Shown: positions 48,636 through 58,725, numbered from the stretch's first letter. The stretch: 64,000 bases of DNA from Candidatus Omnitrophota bacterium (GCA_022711115.1 JAKLFP010000003.1:73199-137198); one strand, 5' to 3'. Notes: a model not told the origin generated them from the sequence alone. Translations and numbers: made by a program.

Positions 48636-48679
48636 TAAAAAACAAAAAGGACGGTGCACGCACATGTCGCACACCGTCC
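48636..48679 (-). terminator. rho-independent terminator downstream of LTXXQ gene
   Basis: Minus-strand stem ggacggtg.../...caccgtcc followed by TTTTTGTTTTTT. Confidence 0.55.
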
Positions 48680-48695
48680 TGAAATCCCCTAGAGG

Positions 48696-49253
48696 TTATT
48701 CGTTTGGTCCTTCTTCCGGACCTTCACCCGGCCCACCTCGCGGACCTTCACCCGGACCCTCGCCAGATCCTTTTTGCCTAGGCATATGCCTTCCTTGCTT
48801 GCCATGATGTTTTTCAAAGCCCTTTTGCATCTTGGCAAATTGTTCCGGCGTCAGAATCTCCTTCATGGCAAGAATGCCTTCCGTATGCTGAGCGAAAAGC
48901 TGCCCTTTCAAATTGTTAATCTCAGCCACAAGAGCATTGATTTGAGCTCGATCCACCGTCGGCTTCCCGATCTCAGCATGCAAAGCCTGCATTTTGGCCT
49001 TGATCTGCTCTCTCAGAGCACGGCTGCTTTCTTTCTGAGCTTCTTTGTGCCCCTTCAATTTTTCCTTTTGCTCAGGGGTCAAATTGAGTTCCCTGAAAGG
49101 CCCCTCTTTGTTTCCTTGCCTTTCATGCCAATATCCCGCTGCTTTTTTAGTTCCTTTTTCCTGTACTTGCGGTTGAGCATAAACAGCCGAAGCTGATGCC
49201 ACCAACCCACAGACAAGCCATATGACTACCCTCCCACCTAATCTTTTTCCCAT
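48696..49253 (-). CDS. periplasmic LTXXQ-motif protein (Spy/CpxP family)
   Basis: Signal peptide; two LTxxQ motifs (LNLTPEQKEKL, ILTPEQFAKM); Gly/Pro/Glu-rich tail. Confidence 0.6.
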   Translation of the reverse strand: MGKRLGGRVVIWLVCGLVASASAVYAQPQVQEKGTKKAAGYWHERQGNKEGPFRELNLTPEQKEKLKGHKEAQKESSRALREQIKAKMQALHAEIGKPTVDRAQINALVAEINNLKGQLFAQHTEGILAMKEILTPEQFAKMQKGFEKHHGKQGRHMPRQKGSGEGPGEGPRGGPGEGPEEGPNE

Positions 49254-49309
49254 GTTGAAACCCTCCCTTTTCTACCCGGTTAGACAAAATCCTTGACCGA
49301 AAAGTTCCA

Positions 49310-49807
49310 TCATCCTGTCATAGTCTCTAAAGCGAGATCATAGTTCCTGAACTCCTCATTTAAAAGATCCGTATTCCCCGTCCTAAGCCCATCGAGAAAT
49401 GTCATTTGTTCCGTAAGATAACCCGACGAAGGATCCACATAATAGGAAGGCCATTTGAAAAGTACGACGGTCATAAAAACCAGACTCACAACAAAAGCAA
49501 CTCGAAATGCCGGCTGTGAAATCCTGAAAAACGGCAAGGAAAAATCTGTCGCCCGCTCCAGCCAACCTCGCGACCGTTCTTTTTCAGCAAGGATTTTTTC
49601 CTGAAGAGACTGCCACACCACCGGATCCGGCTGCATTTCGCGCGCTTTCTTAAAGGGCACGACCGATGCCTGCCGAACCATCTCCAAAAAATTGCGACAA
49701 TCCGCACATGTTTCTAAATGACTTGCGATTTCTTCGCTTTTCGCCTGTTCCATTTCCTTATCCAGAAAATCTGTCATGAGCCAATGCTTGATCTTTTTAC
49801 ATTCCAT
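49310..49807 (-). CDS. anti-sigma factor, zf-HC2 type
   Basis: Start MECKKIKHW; HLETCADCR zinc-binding motif; single TM helix; overlaps the sigma factor stop. Confidence 0.55.
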   Translation of the reverse strand: MECKKIKHWLMTDFLDKEMEQAKSEEIASHLETCADCRNFLEMVRQASVVPFKKAREMQPDPVVWQSLQEKILAEKERSRGWLERATDFSLPFFRISQPAFRVAFVVSLVFMTVVLFKWPSYYVDPSSGYLTEQMTFLDGLRTGNTDLLNEEFRNYDLALETMTG

Positions 49808-50363
49808 GGCTCGCCACCTCCTTTTTCCCAAGAGCCATCAAGGCCTCCCGGGCTCTTTTGAGTCTTGAACGTACGGTATTCAAATGAATGCCAAGGGTTT
49901 GCGCAATGTTCTGATAATCCAACCCCTCGATCTCTCTTAAAATAATGCAGGCGCGCTGATCCGGATTAAGCTGGGCAAGCAATTGATGAAGTTGTTCCTC
50001 GGCCTCCCGCGTCTCAATATTCCGGACAGCCGCTTCTTGCGCTCCTTCTCTCGGCGCCTCCGGTTCTTCAAACTCGACTTCCCGCCACGAAATGCGGCCT
50101 GTTTTTTTTGCCATATTGAGCGCGGTATTGACCGTCACTCGATAGAGCCAGGTTTTAAAGGAAGATTCGAATTTAAAGGTCTTTAAATGGTGATGAACTT
50201 TGAGAAATACATCCTGGGTGACTTCGTCGGCCTCAGCCTTACGGTTTACAATCCGGTAGGCAATGCTATAGACAAATCCGGAAGTCCGCTGATAAATTTC
50301 GCGGAATGCCCCCATGTCCCCTTGTGCCGCCCTCTCTATCAGTCCTTTTTCAACCTCTTGCAT
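49797..50363 (-). CDS. ECF-subfamily RNA polymerase sigma-70 factor
   Basis: Region 2 (DEVTQDVFLKVHHHL...FKTWLYRVTVNTALN) and region 4 (LNPDQRACIILREIEGLDYQNIAQTLGIHLNTVRSRLKRAR). Start MQEVEK with GAGGG RBS. Confidence 0.8.
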   Translation of the reverse strand: MQEVEKGLIERAAQGDMGAFREIYQRTSGFVYSIAYRIVNRKAEADEVTQDVFLKVHHHLKTFKFESSFKTWLYRVTVNTALNMAKKTGRISWREVEFEEPEAPREGAQEAAVRNIETREAEEQLHQLLAQLNPDQRACIILREIEGLDYQNIAQTLGIHLNTVRSRLKRAREALMALGKKEVASHGM

Positions 50364-50828
50364 ACAATAACCCTCTGCGTCCATTCACTTTGACAGCGCC
50401 TTCTTCTAAAAAGTTCCTGCCGCCTTAAAAATTTGTCCCATTATACTTTTTAAAGCAGGCCGGTACATGGCTTTCGCGAGTTTTTATTTTTTATCAAAAC
50501 CGATCAAACCCATCGAACAGGTTAAAAGACATGAAAAATATCATGAAACGCGGGATGTAACGATGGGGTTTTTGCTGAAATCATTGTCTATGATTTTTCA
50601 TGTCTCTTCCATGCCTATCGCCGTGAAAAAATAAGTCCCCAAAAAATACCTTTCCTAGCACCAATTCTTAAGATAAGTTATCAGCGAGGCGTTGATTATT
50701 TGCTTTTGGTTTGAATTTCTAGATCAATATATGCTAATTTATAGCAAAATTGATCTTCGGAACTTTAAATTTTTTTATGTGCTATCTTTTAGAGCTGATT
50801 CCAACTTTCAACCAAAGAAAATATTTTA

Positions 50829-53597
50829 ATGAACTCAAAGGTCATAGAGAAAATCATTGGCGTCTTCATTTCGTTGACGCTCCTGCTACACCCTGTTACC
50901 GGCTGGGCAGACCCTCCCGACGGATCTAGCGCAACGATCCCAAAGGAAATTTCTTTACCCTCTCCGACAAAATCAAGCACTGCCGCTTTGTTCCCAGATA
51001 AAAAACAGGATCCGCTCTTTTACAAACCAGGCGGACTTTTAGTCCGCGGCCCCCTGCCGCCTACGATGATACGCGGCCCTCAGGAAGTGCCGGTGGTTGA
51101 GCAACTTTACAGGACTGCTGCACCAGATTTTTACGCACAGAGCATGACACAGTCTCTGCCGGTTCCCGATCTCCTTTTCCTGGAAGAAAAACTGATCCCG
51201 ACGGAATCCGTCTATTTCCAACCCGGTATCGGGATGGACAGCAAGAGCGGCATGCCCTATGACCATATCCGTATTCGCTTGAAAGAAAATCTGCTGAGCG
51301 AGGTCGGAAATTACACCGCCGCTTCCAAACTTTCCTTGTCGATTCCTTTTTTACTGAAAGTGATTCAAAAAAATCCTTATGTCCGGCAGGTCAAACTCTC
51401 CCCAAAAGAAGCCGAGAATCATTTGAAGCGGGCTTTACGCACAATCCTGACCTTTATTCAAAGTTACCCCGACTATGAAGGATTTTTGCCGTGGGTTGAC
51501 ATCCGCCCTAATGGAACGATCGCGCCCGCCTTTACAAAAGTCCCTTCCCTGGACAATGGCCAACTGACTTGGGCCTTAGCTGCTGTCGTTGCCGCATTTG
51601 AAGATGCGAACGACCCGGAGCTTCGGAAACTGGCCAACATCGCGCAAACGATCCTGACCCATCAGAACTATCAAAAATTCTATGACAGCAAATCAAAATT
51701 GATGCATGGAACAATTCAATACGACCCCCAAACCAGAGAATGGACTGGTGATAAAACTTATTATTTAAATGATATGTTTGAAGGAACGCTTGCCGTGCTA
51801 TGGGGAGTCCTGAACGGACAAATCCCCGAAGAAGCCTGGTATAACCTCTCCATTCCTACCATCGAATACATCACCACGGAAAATGAAAAAATCACGACAC
51901 TTTCAGGGTTTCGGGCTTCCTTCCATGAGCATTGGGCTTTAGGTTTTCTCCCGATCATGGAATCCGCCTTGGCACCGCTTTACCAGAATTATCTCTACGC
52001 CCAAGCCGATCACGCACGCAGAAACCAGATGCCGGGTTTTATCAGCACGGCCTATGACCCAAAGGGGATCTACCGGCAGATGGGCATCCCATCGATTGCT
52101 TATAATCCCGTGGACCGAAGCGATGTCTCTGTGCTTTACGCAACCGCGATGGCGATGCTAATCTCTCCCGGCGTGGGAGCGGCATGGCTTGTGAAGCTTT
52201 ACTCCTTTAAAAATTTTATATCCCCGTATGGTGCCTATGAATCGGTGGGCAGGGACGGTTATTCGGATATTTTCACAGCCGACGCAAAGGGCATGACGCT
52301 TCTGGCGGCGACCGGCGGCGTGGTGGATGAAATTAAAAAATATCTACGCGGGCGGACCGTGCCTAGAACAGGCATCCCGATGGACGTCAAACTCATCGAA
52401 CTGTTGCATGCGAAATACAAACAAATGCTCTTGGCGCGCGATAACCGGCCGGTCTTTTTTCCGTCCAAACCCTTCCCCCCCCCGACCGAAAAACCCTTCA
52501 CGGCCAAATTCGAAAAACCGAAGGACCCCGGACCTTTCTTTGATGTGATCGCCCATTTACAGCCAGGCCATTTGCACGGGAAAAATGTCCGCTCAGTCGA
52601 CCAAAAAACACTGGAACAGGATGTCTTCCCCGGCCAGCCGTTCCAATTTGAATTTGAAATTCCCGCTTATTATGTCTACTTTGACCAGTGGGCTTTTCGG
52701 GGTACCTATGTCGATGAAGCCGTATCCATCGAAAATATGCGCTATGTCTCCCTGACCATTCCGGTTCAAAACACTCCCAATATGTATGAACTCGAGCTGA
52801 AAAGTGATGACATCACGCTTGCCACCGTAATTGTCAATACGGTCAAACCCGGAGTCATGTCCAAGGACGGAAAATGGAAAACTATTGTGGAAAGGATCAA
52901 GCCGATCCCCGAATCGGATGTGAAACCGTTCAATTATGTCTCTGTGGCCATTCATGACCCCCGTTATCTTTTGGGTTCGTTTAGCCGCGGCGGCCGTGAA
53001 GGAACGATCATTCTGAAGGAAATCAAACTGCACACGAAATTCCCCTTCCCGGACCTGCCGGAGCCATCTTATTTGGAAAAACCACAGGGAAATGACGAGT
53101 TGGAATTGATCCGCTATTGGCGGTTAAGCCATGGGGATCTGCCTTTTGAAAAAGATGCCCAGCGGGGTATTTATCGGTTTACCGGAGGCGCGGGTTGGCG
53201 CGGCGGTTATATCCCGTACACCAATCTTTCAAAATTTAGTTTTCTCTACATCAAACTGCGCAATGCCATTGGGACCAGCTGCAATTGTTTCTACGTGGAA
53301 CTCAAGCACGAATCCGACCAGCTCCTGGGAGATAAAATACCCATCCATATTCCCGCAGACAGCAACTGGCATGTTTATCAAATCCCTATCCCGCCCCACA
53401 TCAAATACACCTTCAACTATATCGCCTTGTCCGATCCTTATGCGGCTCTGGATGTCGGGTCCATGCTTTTAACATCGGAGGCCATTACGGGAATGAACGG
53501 CTTGAAAATCGAAAAAATTGTTTTTCCCTTGCAAACCCGAACCCCTCTCGAATGTACCTACCGACCGTGTCCCGCCACCCTCACCCATCACGAATAA
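50829..53597 (+). CDS. secreted 922-aa protein with an (alpha/alpha)6-like glycosidase-type domain paralogous to a domain of the giant protein
   Basis: Signal peptide MNSKVIEKIIGVFISLTLLLHPVTGWA. Residues ~200-500 (…FHEHWALGFLPIMESALAPLYQNYLYAQADHARRNQMPGFISTAYDP…) align with …FQMFWPLIHVDETKYPELEPALRNFLYAQAEFVQRNNIPGLLSAGDNP… in the giant protein. C-terminal beta-rich region. Confidence 0.6.
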   Translation: MNSKVIEKIIGVFISLTLLLHPVTGWADPPDGSSATIPKEISLPSPTKSSTAALFPDKKQDPLFYKPGGLLVRGPLPPTMIRGPQEVPVVEQLYRTAAPDFYAQSMTQSLPVPDLLFLEEKLIPTESVYFQPGIGMDSKSGMPYDHIRIRLKENLLSEVGNYTAASKLSLSIPFLLKVIQKNPYVRQVKLSPKEAENHLKRALRTILTFIQSYPDYEGFLPWVDIRPNGTIAPAFTKVPSLDNGQLTWALAAVVAAFEDANDPELRKLANIAQTILTHQNYQKFYDSKSKLMHGTIQYDPQTREWTGDKTYYLNDMFEGTLAVLWGVLNGQIPEEAWYNLSIPTIEYITTENEKITTLSGFRASFHEHWALGFLPIMESALAPLYQNYLYAQADHARRNQMPGFISTAYDPKGIYRQMGIPSIAYNPVDRSDVSVLYATAMAMLISPGVGAAWLVKLYSFKNFISPYGAYESVGRDGYSDIFTADAKGMTLLAATGGVVDEIKKYLRGRTVPRTGIPMDVKLIELLHAKYKQMLLARDNRPVFFPSKPFPPPTEKPFTAKFEKPKDPGPFFDVIAHLQPGHLHGKNVRSVDQKTLEQDVFPGQPFQFEFEIPAYYVYFDQWAFRGTYVDEAVSIENMRYVSLTIPVQNTPNMYELELKSDDITLATVIVNTVKPGVMSKDGKWKTIVERIKPIPESDVKPFNYVSVAIHDPRYLLGSFSRGGREGTIILKEIKLHTKFPFPDLPEPSYLEKPQGNDELELIRYWRLSHGDLPFEKDAQRGIYRFTGGAGWRGGYIPYTNLSKFSFLYIKLRNAIGTSCNCFYVELKHESDQLLGDKIPIHIPADSNWHVYQIPIPPHIKYTFNYIALSDPYAALDVGSMLLTSEAITGMNGLKIEKIVFPLQTRTPLECTYRPCPATLTHHE

Positions 53598-54005
53598 CTA
53601 TTCCGGTTTGTAGATTTTTCCGGCCAGCATACCCGCCACCATACATTCGCCGAGACCGCCAAAAAACCAACCCGTAGCGAGTTCCCACGGAATCGGCATC
53701 ACCACATAACCCATCATGCTTACCATCCCCACAACCAAAAGCCCGGCCCAAAAGCCAAAACGGAACCCTTGCCCGACGCCCGATCTGTTCCTTTCGTATC
53801 CCTTTTTAAATATCACGACAAAAACAAATGAAAAGACCAGATAACCCAGCCCCATGAGCCAGATCATGTCCTGGACCTCTTCTTCCGAGCGCCAAAGGGA
53901 CGCAGTTTCAAGGTAGAGATCCTCCAGGATCACTCCGTGTAAGATCATCTCCAAGACCCCGAACACTCCCGCTACCGCCAGAACGGCTATCCAAAATCGT
54001 TTCAT
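53598..54005 (-). CDS. small integral membrane protein (4 TM, DUF1761-like)
   Basis: 135 aa with four hydrophobic helices. Confidence 0.45.
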   Translation of the reverse strand: MKRFWIAVLAVAGVFGVLEMILHGVILEDLYLETASLWRSEEEVQDMIWLMGLGYLVFSFVFVVIFKKGYERNRSGVGQGFRFGFWAGLLVVGMVSMMGYVVMPIPWELATGWFFGGLGECMVAGMLAGKIYKPE

Positions 54006-54093
54006 TTTGGTCCCCCTTCCCCTAAAAAGCGCAACGGCCGGATCGCTAAGACCCGGCCGTTGTACCCATTTTCAAATACCTCCAACAATAACC

Positions 54094-54369
54094 CTAAAAT
54101 CCCATTTTCTTTTTCAGGTCATTGCCGGCTTTCTGCGCTTCTTTTGCCGCCTTTTCTGCCTGCCGCTTGGCGCAAGCCGTTAAGCGGTCGGCCTTTCGCT
54201 GCGCGAGGACCGCCTGCTTCTCGACGTCCTTTTTGCCGAGCGTGGCGAACCAGTCCCCGGCCTGATCGATCGGCGTATCCTTCGTGCAATCCCCCGCGTA
54301 AGCGGCCTGAACGGAAATCCCGCCTGCCATCAGCGAAAACGCGAATAACACAATGACTATTTTTTTCAT
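54094..54369 (-). CDS. small secreted protein, paralogue 1
   Basis: Signal peptide; CTKDTPIDQAGDWFATLGKKDVEKQAVLAQRK is shared with the ORF at 54494-54757. Confidence 0.45.
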   Translation of the reverse strand: MKKIVIVLFAFSLMAGGISVQAAYAGDCTKDTPIDQAGDWFATLGKKDVEKQAVLAQRKADRLTACAKRQAEKAAKEAQKAGNDLKKKMGF

Positions 54370-54493
54370 AATGTTTTCCTTTCTTTTTGTTTCTTAAAAA
54401 TAGAAACCGTTTGTCATCGCATGATTATAATTAGAACTATTTGTAACAGCCATAAAAAATATTGGAAGGTCAAAAGATACCGTCAAAAAATTC

Positions 54494-54757
54494 TTAAAAT
54501 CCACTTTTCCTTTTTAGATTCTGAAAGGCCTTCGCTGTTTGCCGGGTTTGTTTTTGGACGCAAACAAACCAACGGCCGGTTTTGCGCCCTATCAACACCG
54601 CATTCTTTTGCATGCCTTTTTTACCCATGATCGCGAGCAAATCCCCTGCCCGATCCACCGGCGTATCCTTGCCGCACGGCCCGGAGCAAGTCCACCGGAG
54701 CAGGACCAACAACGCGAGCAAAATAAAGACCAGAAACACAGCCCGCAATGGCTTCAT
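54494..54757 (-). CDS. small secreted protein, paralogue 2
   Basis: Start MKPLRAVFLV; CGKDTPVDRAGDLLAIMGKKGMQKNAVLIGRK. Confidence 0.4.
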   Translation of the reverse strand: MKPLRAVFLVFILLALLVLLRWTCSGPCGKDTPVDRAGDLLAIMGKKGMQKNAVLIGRKTGRWFVCVQKQTRQTAKAFQNLKRKSGF

Positions 54758-54791
54758 CAGATTGGATTTCCAAAAAGACCGGCGCATGGGA

Positions 54792-55106
54792 TCAAAAAAT
54801 GCCGGCTTCTTTGTAGTATTTCAGGATCGTTTGGACGGCATGAAGAAAAACCGACCCGAGATAATAGGATAATGCCAGGACGATCAGCGTGATGATGATC
54901 TTTTTCCGCGTGCTGTACCGGGGATGGAGCCACACCAGCGGCAAGGCCAGAGGCCCAACGGCCAGAAAACAGAAGATCACGAAAAAGGGCCTGGAATACC
55001 ACGGGACCTTTTCTTCTTTCTCGCGTGCCTCAAGAAATTCCCCGCAATGCCTGCACTTGATCGCCTCGTCTTGGATCTCTTCCGCGCAAAAAGGGCATTT
55101 TTTCAT
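54792..55106 (-). CDS. zinc-ribbon membrane protein
   Basis: Start MKKCPFCAEEIQDEAIKCRHCGEF (CxxC...CxxC), then two TM helices. Confidence 0.45.
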   Translation of the reverse strand: MKKCPFCAEEIQDEAIKCRHCGEFLEAREKEEKVPWYSRPFFVIFCFLAVGPLALPLVWLHPRYSTRKKIIITLIVLALSYYLGSVFLHAVQTILKYYKEAGIF

Positions 55107-55107
55107 T

Positions 55108-55380
55108 TTAAGGCTTCCCGCCAAAAAAAAATTTGATCCATGAGAAAATGCCTTTTCCAGCCGGCTTCAGCAAGGCCCCGCAAAAAATACAGCTGAGATT
55201 TTCACTTGAAACTTCTTTTTTGCACGCCGAACAGACTAAAAACCTCGGCCCGGACAGATCGTCCTTCTCCCACTTTTTTTTCAATCTTTCAGGCGGTTCT
55301 TCTTCCCGGATTTCCCAATCCTTTAATTCGTCATCGCTTCGCACCGGCGGCCCTCCCTGACGGCATCGTGCCGCCAGCAT
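55108..55380 (-). CDS. hypothetical protein with zinc-ribbon-like CSAC...CIFC
   Basis: ORF only; start uncertain. Confidence 0.3.
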   Translation of the reverse strand: MLAARCRQGGPPVRSDDELKDWEIREEEPPERLKKKWEKDDLSGPRFLVCSACKKEVSSENLSCIFCGALLKPAGKGIFSWIKFFFGGKP

Positions 55381-55616
55381 TATTTAGAGAATTGATACCC
55401 CGGGTTGATCTTCAGGATCTTCGCGGTCAAAGCGGCACGTTCGCTGTCGCTGGATGCAGCCTGCAGCCGCGCGTTCAGCTTGCAAAGCTTCACATTCCGC
55501 TTCCGTTTCTGTCTGATCTCGGTCTGGCGTCTTCTTTTTCTGCCTGCTAATGACATAAGATGTTCCTTTCGTGATTGAGGGCTATAGGGACAGTGAATTG
55601 TATTCATTATAACCAA
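55380..55616 (-). CDS. small basic hypothetical protein
   Basis: Arg/Lys-rich 78-aa ORF; the first codon is TTG, alternative ATG at 55556 (MSLAGRK). Confidence 0.3.
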   Translation of the reverse strand: MVIMNTIHCPYSPQSRKEHLMSLAGRKRRRQTEIRQKRKRNVKLCKLNARLQAASSDSERAALTAKILKINPGYQFSK

Positions 55617-55900
55617 AAATCGGAAATATCAAAGCCCTCGGAGCCTTCCAAAACGATCCAAAACAGATCCAAAACGATCCATTGATTATCATAAGGGATT
55701 TGGTACAATACCCCCCTGCTTCGAATTCAGCTCTTTGGAACTTACGGCGCGGGGCAAAATAAATAGTCTTTCTTACAAATTAAAAAATTATCGTCGCAGG
55801 ACAATAAATAGTCCCGCGAACTTTGAATTAAAGAATCAATCGCCGCGGGGCAATTCTGCGAAGCAAAGATAGCCCCGCGGACCATTTTAGCAATTACCGT

Positions 55901-55979
<79 letters not shown>

Positions 55980-56006
55980 AAAACCCGGGTCCATACCGGG
56001 GACATG

Positions 56007-57271
56007 GGTAACACTTCGTACCGGAGACATAGGTTACACAATCTCCGGTACGAAGGGGTACTCAAGCGGTTCAAGTTTACTACTTTCTTCGTCAAAATAT
56101 CCTAAATCATAATCCATAAAGCTTACCAGCCAAATCCCGTCCGTCACTTCTTTAACGCCCACGTTTTGTCCCGAAAAGACCGTACTTAGATTTACTTTTT
56201 TCCCGCGAATACAAATTCTACCACAACAAGTCACCGTGATCGTTCGATCATGGAACGGATAGCTGACTTCCTCAAGCCCGCGATAAACTCGAGGCGAAGG
56301 TTTATAGACTTCGCTTGGGCATTTCATTTCCAACGCTTGGTGCGGTCTTTGGGTGTTAAATTCTTCGACGAAACGGTCAAATGTTTCTTGTTGTTGCAGC
56401 AGATTCTCACCGGCCGGATGGGTTGCTTCTTTTTTAAGTGTTAAATGCATCCTCTCATGGCGTCCGTTTTGCTGTGGATGGCCCGGTTTGATCCGTTCGA
56501 TCATAATTCCGAGACGTAACCACCACACGGCAAGCTTACTGAGGCCAAATAAAGCATGCGGCGATGCAAACGGAACTCCGTTATCGGTTCGAATCGTCCT
56601 AGGTAGACCTCGTTCCTTAAAAACCCTTTCAAATACATCAAAGGCATAGACTTCCGCATTACTTCCCAGGGCTTCACAGGAGAGTAAGTACCGGCTGGAG
56701 AAGTCGGTGATGGTGAGAGGATAGCAATAGCGCCGGTCTGAGAGCATGAATTCCCCCTTGTAGTCAGCACACCAAAGATCATTAGGATGGGTTGCAACAG
56801 AAAGCGTGGTTCCTTGAGCATGAAACCGTCGGCGCCGATGACGTTTTACAAGACCGTGGCGATCCAAGATGCAATGGACAGTGCTTCTGGCGGGGGTTTT
56901 AACTTCCGGGTATTTTCGCCGGAGAATTTCCCGGATCTTCGGAGCGCCCCAGGAGGGTTTGTCATGCTTGATCCGAATGATTTCTTTTTCGATTTGCATC
57001 GGAAGTTGGTTGGCGTATCGCTTGGGTCTTCGAGCCCGGTCAGTTAATCCGTGCAAGCCGATCTGATTGTAGCGGTCCCAAAACTTATACCCGGTCTTTC
57101 TTGAAATGCCGAACTCCCGGCAAAGAAAAGCCATTTTTTCGCCTTCAAGCAGCCGTCCGACAAACTTCATTCTTTCGTCCATAAGCACACTCTCTTTCCA
57201 TGGCATAGAGCACCTCCATTATGCCATGATGATAAAAAGTGTTACCTATGTCTCCGGTATATTGTGTAACC
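56007..57271 (-). mobile_element. IS481-family insertion sequence (~1.27 kb) with imperfect ~37-bp terminal inverted repeats
   Basis: IRL 56007-56043 ggtaacacttcgtaccggagacataggttacacaatc vs reverse complement of IRR 57235-57271 ggttacacaatataccggagacataggtaacactttt (28/37 matches). Single DDE transposase ORF reading into IRL. No clear target-site duplication found. Confidence 0.65.
56034..57206 (-). CDS. IS481-family DDE transposase (integrase-core/rve domain)
   Basis: N-terminal HTH (MAFLCREFGISRKTGYKFWDRY), rve core with D...D...E (CADYKGEF..., IRTDNGVPF, ...QQNGRHERMH), ~390 aa. Confidence 0.8.
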   Translation of the reverse strand: MPWKESVLMDERMKFVGRLLEGEKMAFLCREFGISRKTGYKFWDRYNQIGLHGLTDRARRPKRYANQLPMQIEKEIIRIKHDKPSWGAPKIREILRRKYPEVKTPARSTVHCILDRHGLVKRHRRRRFHAQGTTLSVATHPNDLWCADYKGEFMLSDRRYCYPLTITDFSSRYLLSCEALGSNAEVYAFDVFERVFKERGLPRTIRTDNGVPFASPHALFGLSKLAVWWLRLGIMIERIKPGHPQQNGRHERMHLTLKKEATHPAGENLLQQQETFDRFVEEFNTQRPHQALEMKCPSEVYKPSPRVYRGLEEVSYPFHDRTITVTCCGRICIRGKKVNLSTVFSGQNVGVKEVTDGIWLVSFMDYDLGYFDEESSKLEPLEYPFVPEIV

Positions 57272-57426
57272 TGTGTCTCAGGCCGCACACCGATAGGGCT
57301 TCCGGCCCTGTCGGGTTTTTTATTTGATGTTGTCGTGGGGCAGATTTGATGTGAGCCCTGCTTTAAAACATGACTCAATGTCCTGTTTTAAGGGCGAGTG
57401 GCCGACCCGTAACGATAAGAAGGGCG

Positions 57427-57449
57427 CCAAATCCTGCCCCCGCTACCAA
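57427..57449 (+). repeat. 23-bp direct repeat, copy 2 (partial tRNA-fMet 3' end, attR-like)
   Basis: caaatcctgcccccgctaccaat embedded in non-tRNA context (gggcgc|caaatcc...). It is followed by a hairpin plus T-run (57458-57490) resembling the original tRNA terminator. Confidence 0.8.
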
Positions 57450-57484
57450 TTCACGAAAAGCCCGGCAGAGAAATCTGGCGGGCT

Positions 57485-57530
57485 TTTTATTTAGCCGCTT
57501 ACCCCTCCCCTCCAGACGCCGTCCGGTTTT
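57485..57530 (+). repeat. P repeat copy 1 (tttatttagccgcttacccctcccctccRgacgccRtccggttttt)
   Basis: Second copy at 59552-59598 with 2 substitutions; contains a small hairpin ccggacgccatccgg plus T-run. Confidence 0.6.
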
Positions 57531-57570
57531 TGGCAAAGGTCGCTGGTTTCCCACGGGATTCCCTGCAAAA

Positions 57571-57632
57571 ACAGGAGCGTTACTCTGGGTGCCAGGCTGT
57601 CCGCTAGCATGTCACTGGCAGTAACGCCTCCT
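57571..57632 (+). repeat. ~64-bp palindromic repeat H1
   Basis: caggagcgttactctgggtgccaggctgtccgctagcatgtcactggcagtaacgcctcctt; the same family as H2-H4. Confidence 0.7.
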
Positions 57633-57974
57633 TAGTTGCTTAGTTGATGGCCCATAAGCTGCCGTCCCCGCGGGGCTAAAGGACCTTTTTCATTAGTGAA
57701 CTATTAACAATATACCCTGTCCCTCTGGGACAATATCCGGTGACTTGCAATGTTCTTTTTTATGAACAACGAAGTCGAAGAATCTCAACACCCGGATGAA
57801 AAAATGGCTCATTTTTCATATTGGATTCTATGTTTCCGTAATGCTTTATTAATGATTTGATCACATGTTGCGCCTGTTTCAATTTTTGAATGGAAATGGT
57901 ACGAAAATTGCATATTTTTCTTACGAAATCACTCCATAGGATCTTAAATCATTCCACTCAAATAGGGGGTCATA

Positions 57975-58616
57975 ATGAAAAAGACTTTAAAAATTGCGTT
58001 CTTAGCTTTTGCATTTTTGGTTATGGGCAGAGCACATTCGTATGCCGTCCTGATTGTGGATACGGATATCCCGTCGATGATCTCCGGGATGTCGCTGACT
58101 CCAACACAGTACCTGGCAGGAGAAATTACATTGCCCGATGCGAAAAGGATCAGCGATATTGAAGGGTGGATTGATCAGTATGATCAAGTGGCAACTTCGC
58201 TGACACTGTCGATCTATGGCGACGCCGGCTTGATTCCAGATGGAAACGATCTTATTTTTCGGAATACCTTCCTTGTCCCCGGTTGCGGGGGCGGTTCCTG
58301 TGCGGACTGGTACGGTCTTCATGGAATGAGCCTTGACCTTGGACCCGGCTCCTACTGGGTTGCGTTTGAAGTCCTCGCTGGCAATACCTATGATGGAGCC
58401 ATGAGCGTGATTCCTCCTCATCCTCTTAATTATGCGGCATTTTATAATGCCGGAACCGGCTCCATGGCGTGGTGGTCTCAGGGACAAGCTGGTTTTGGAT
58501 TGCGTGTTTATAGTGATGAAAGCACAGGACCTGCTGTTCCCGAACCCTCGACAATCGTTCTTTCAGTTCTAGGCTTAGGCGGCTTGGCATTCAAAAAAAA
58601 ATTTAAGAACCCCTAA
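57975..58616 (+). CDS. PEP-CTERM sorting-domain secreted protein
   Basis: Signal peptide; C-terminal VPEPSTIVLSVLGLGGLAFKKKFKNP (PEP motif + TM + basic tail). Confidence 0.7.
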   Translation: MKKTLKIAFLAFAFLVMGRAHSYAVLIVDTDIPSMISGMSLTPTQYLAGEITLPDAKRISDIEGWIDQYDQVATSLTLSIYGDAGLIPDGNDLIFRNTFLVPGCGGGSCADWYGLHGMSLDLGPGSYWVAFEVLAGNTYDGAMSVIPPHPLNYAAFYNAGTGSMAWWSQGQAGFGLRVYSDESTGPAVPEPSTIVLSVLGLGGLAFKKKFKNP

Positions 58617-58656
58617 ACCAAAGGTCTCTGGTTTCCCGCGAGATTCCCTGCAAAAA

Positions 58657-58720
58657 CAGGAGGCGTTACTCTGGGTGCCAAGCTGTCCGCTAGACATGGC
58701 ATCGGCAGTAACGCCTCCTT
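58657..58720 (+). repeat. ~64-bp palindromic repeat H2
   Basis: caggaggcgttactctgggtgccaagctgtccgctagacatggcatcggcagtaacgcctcctt, 41 nt after the PEP-CTERM gene stop. Confidence 0.7.
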
Positions 58721-58725
58721 AGTTG

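Noticed and set aside
48589-48700. CIRCE operator (TTAGCACTC-N9-GAGTGCTAA) upstream of hrcA
   Set aside because: Looked for it in the ~110 bp upstream of the hrcA start. Only the terminator hairpin of the upstream gene is there, with no CIRCE-like inverted repeat seen. It may lie elsewhere or be divergent.
55380-55616. Ribosomal protein S20 call for the 78-aa basic ORF
   Set aside because: It is Arg/Lys-rich like S20, but the conserved S20 blocks (…KSAKKR…, C-terminal GLIHKN…) are not present. Left as hypothetical.
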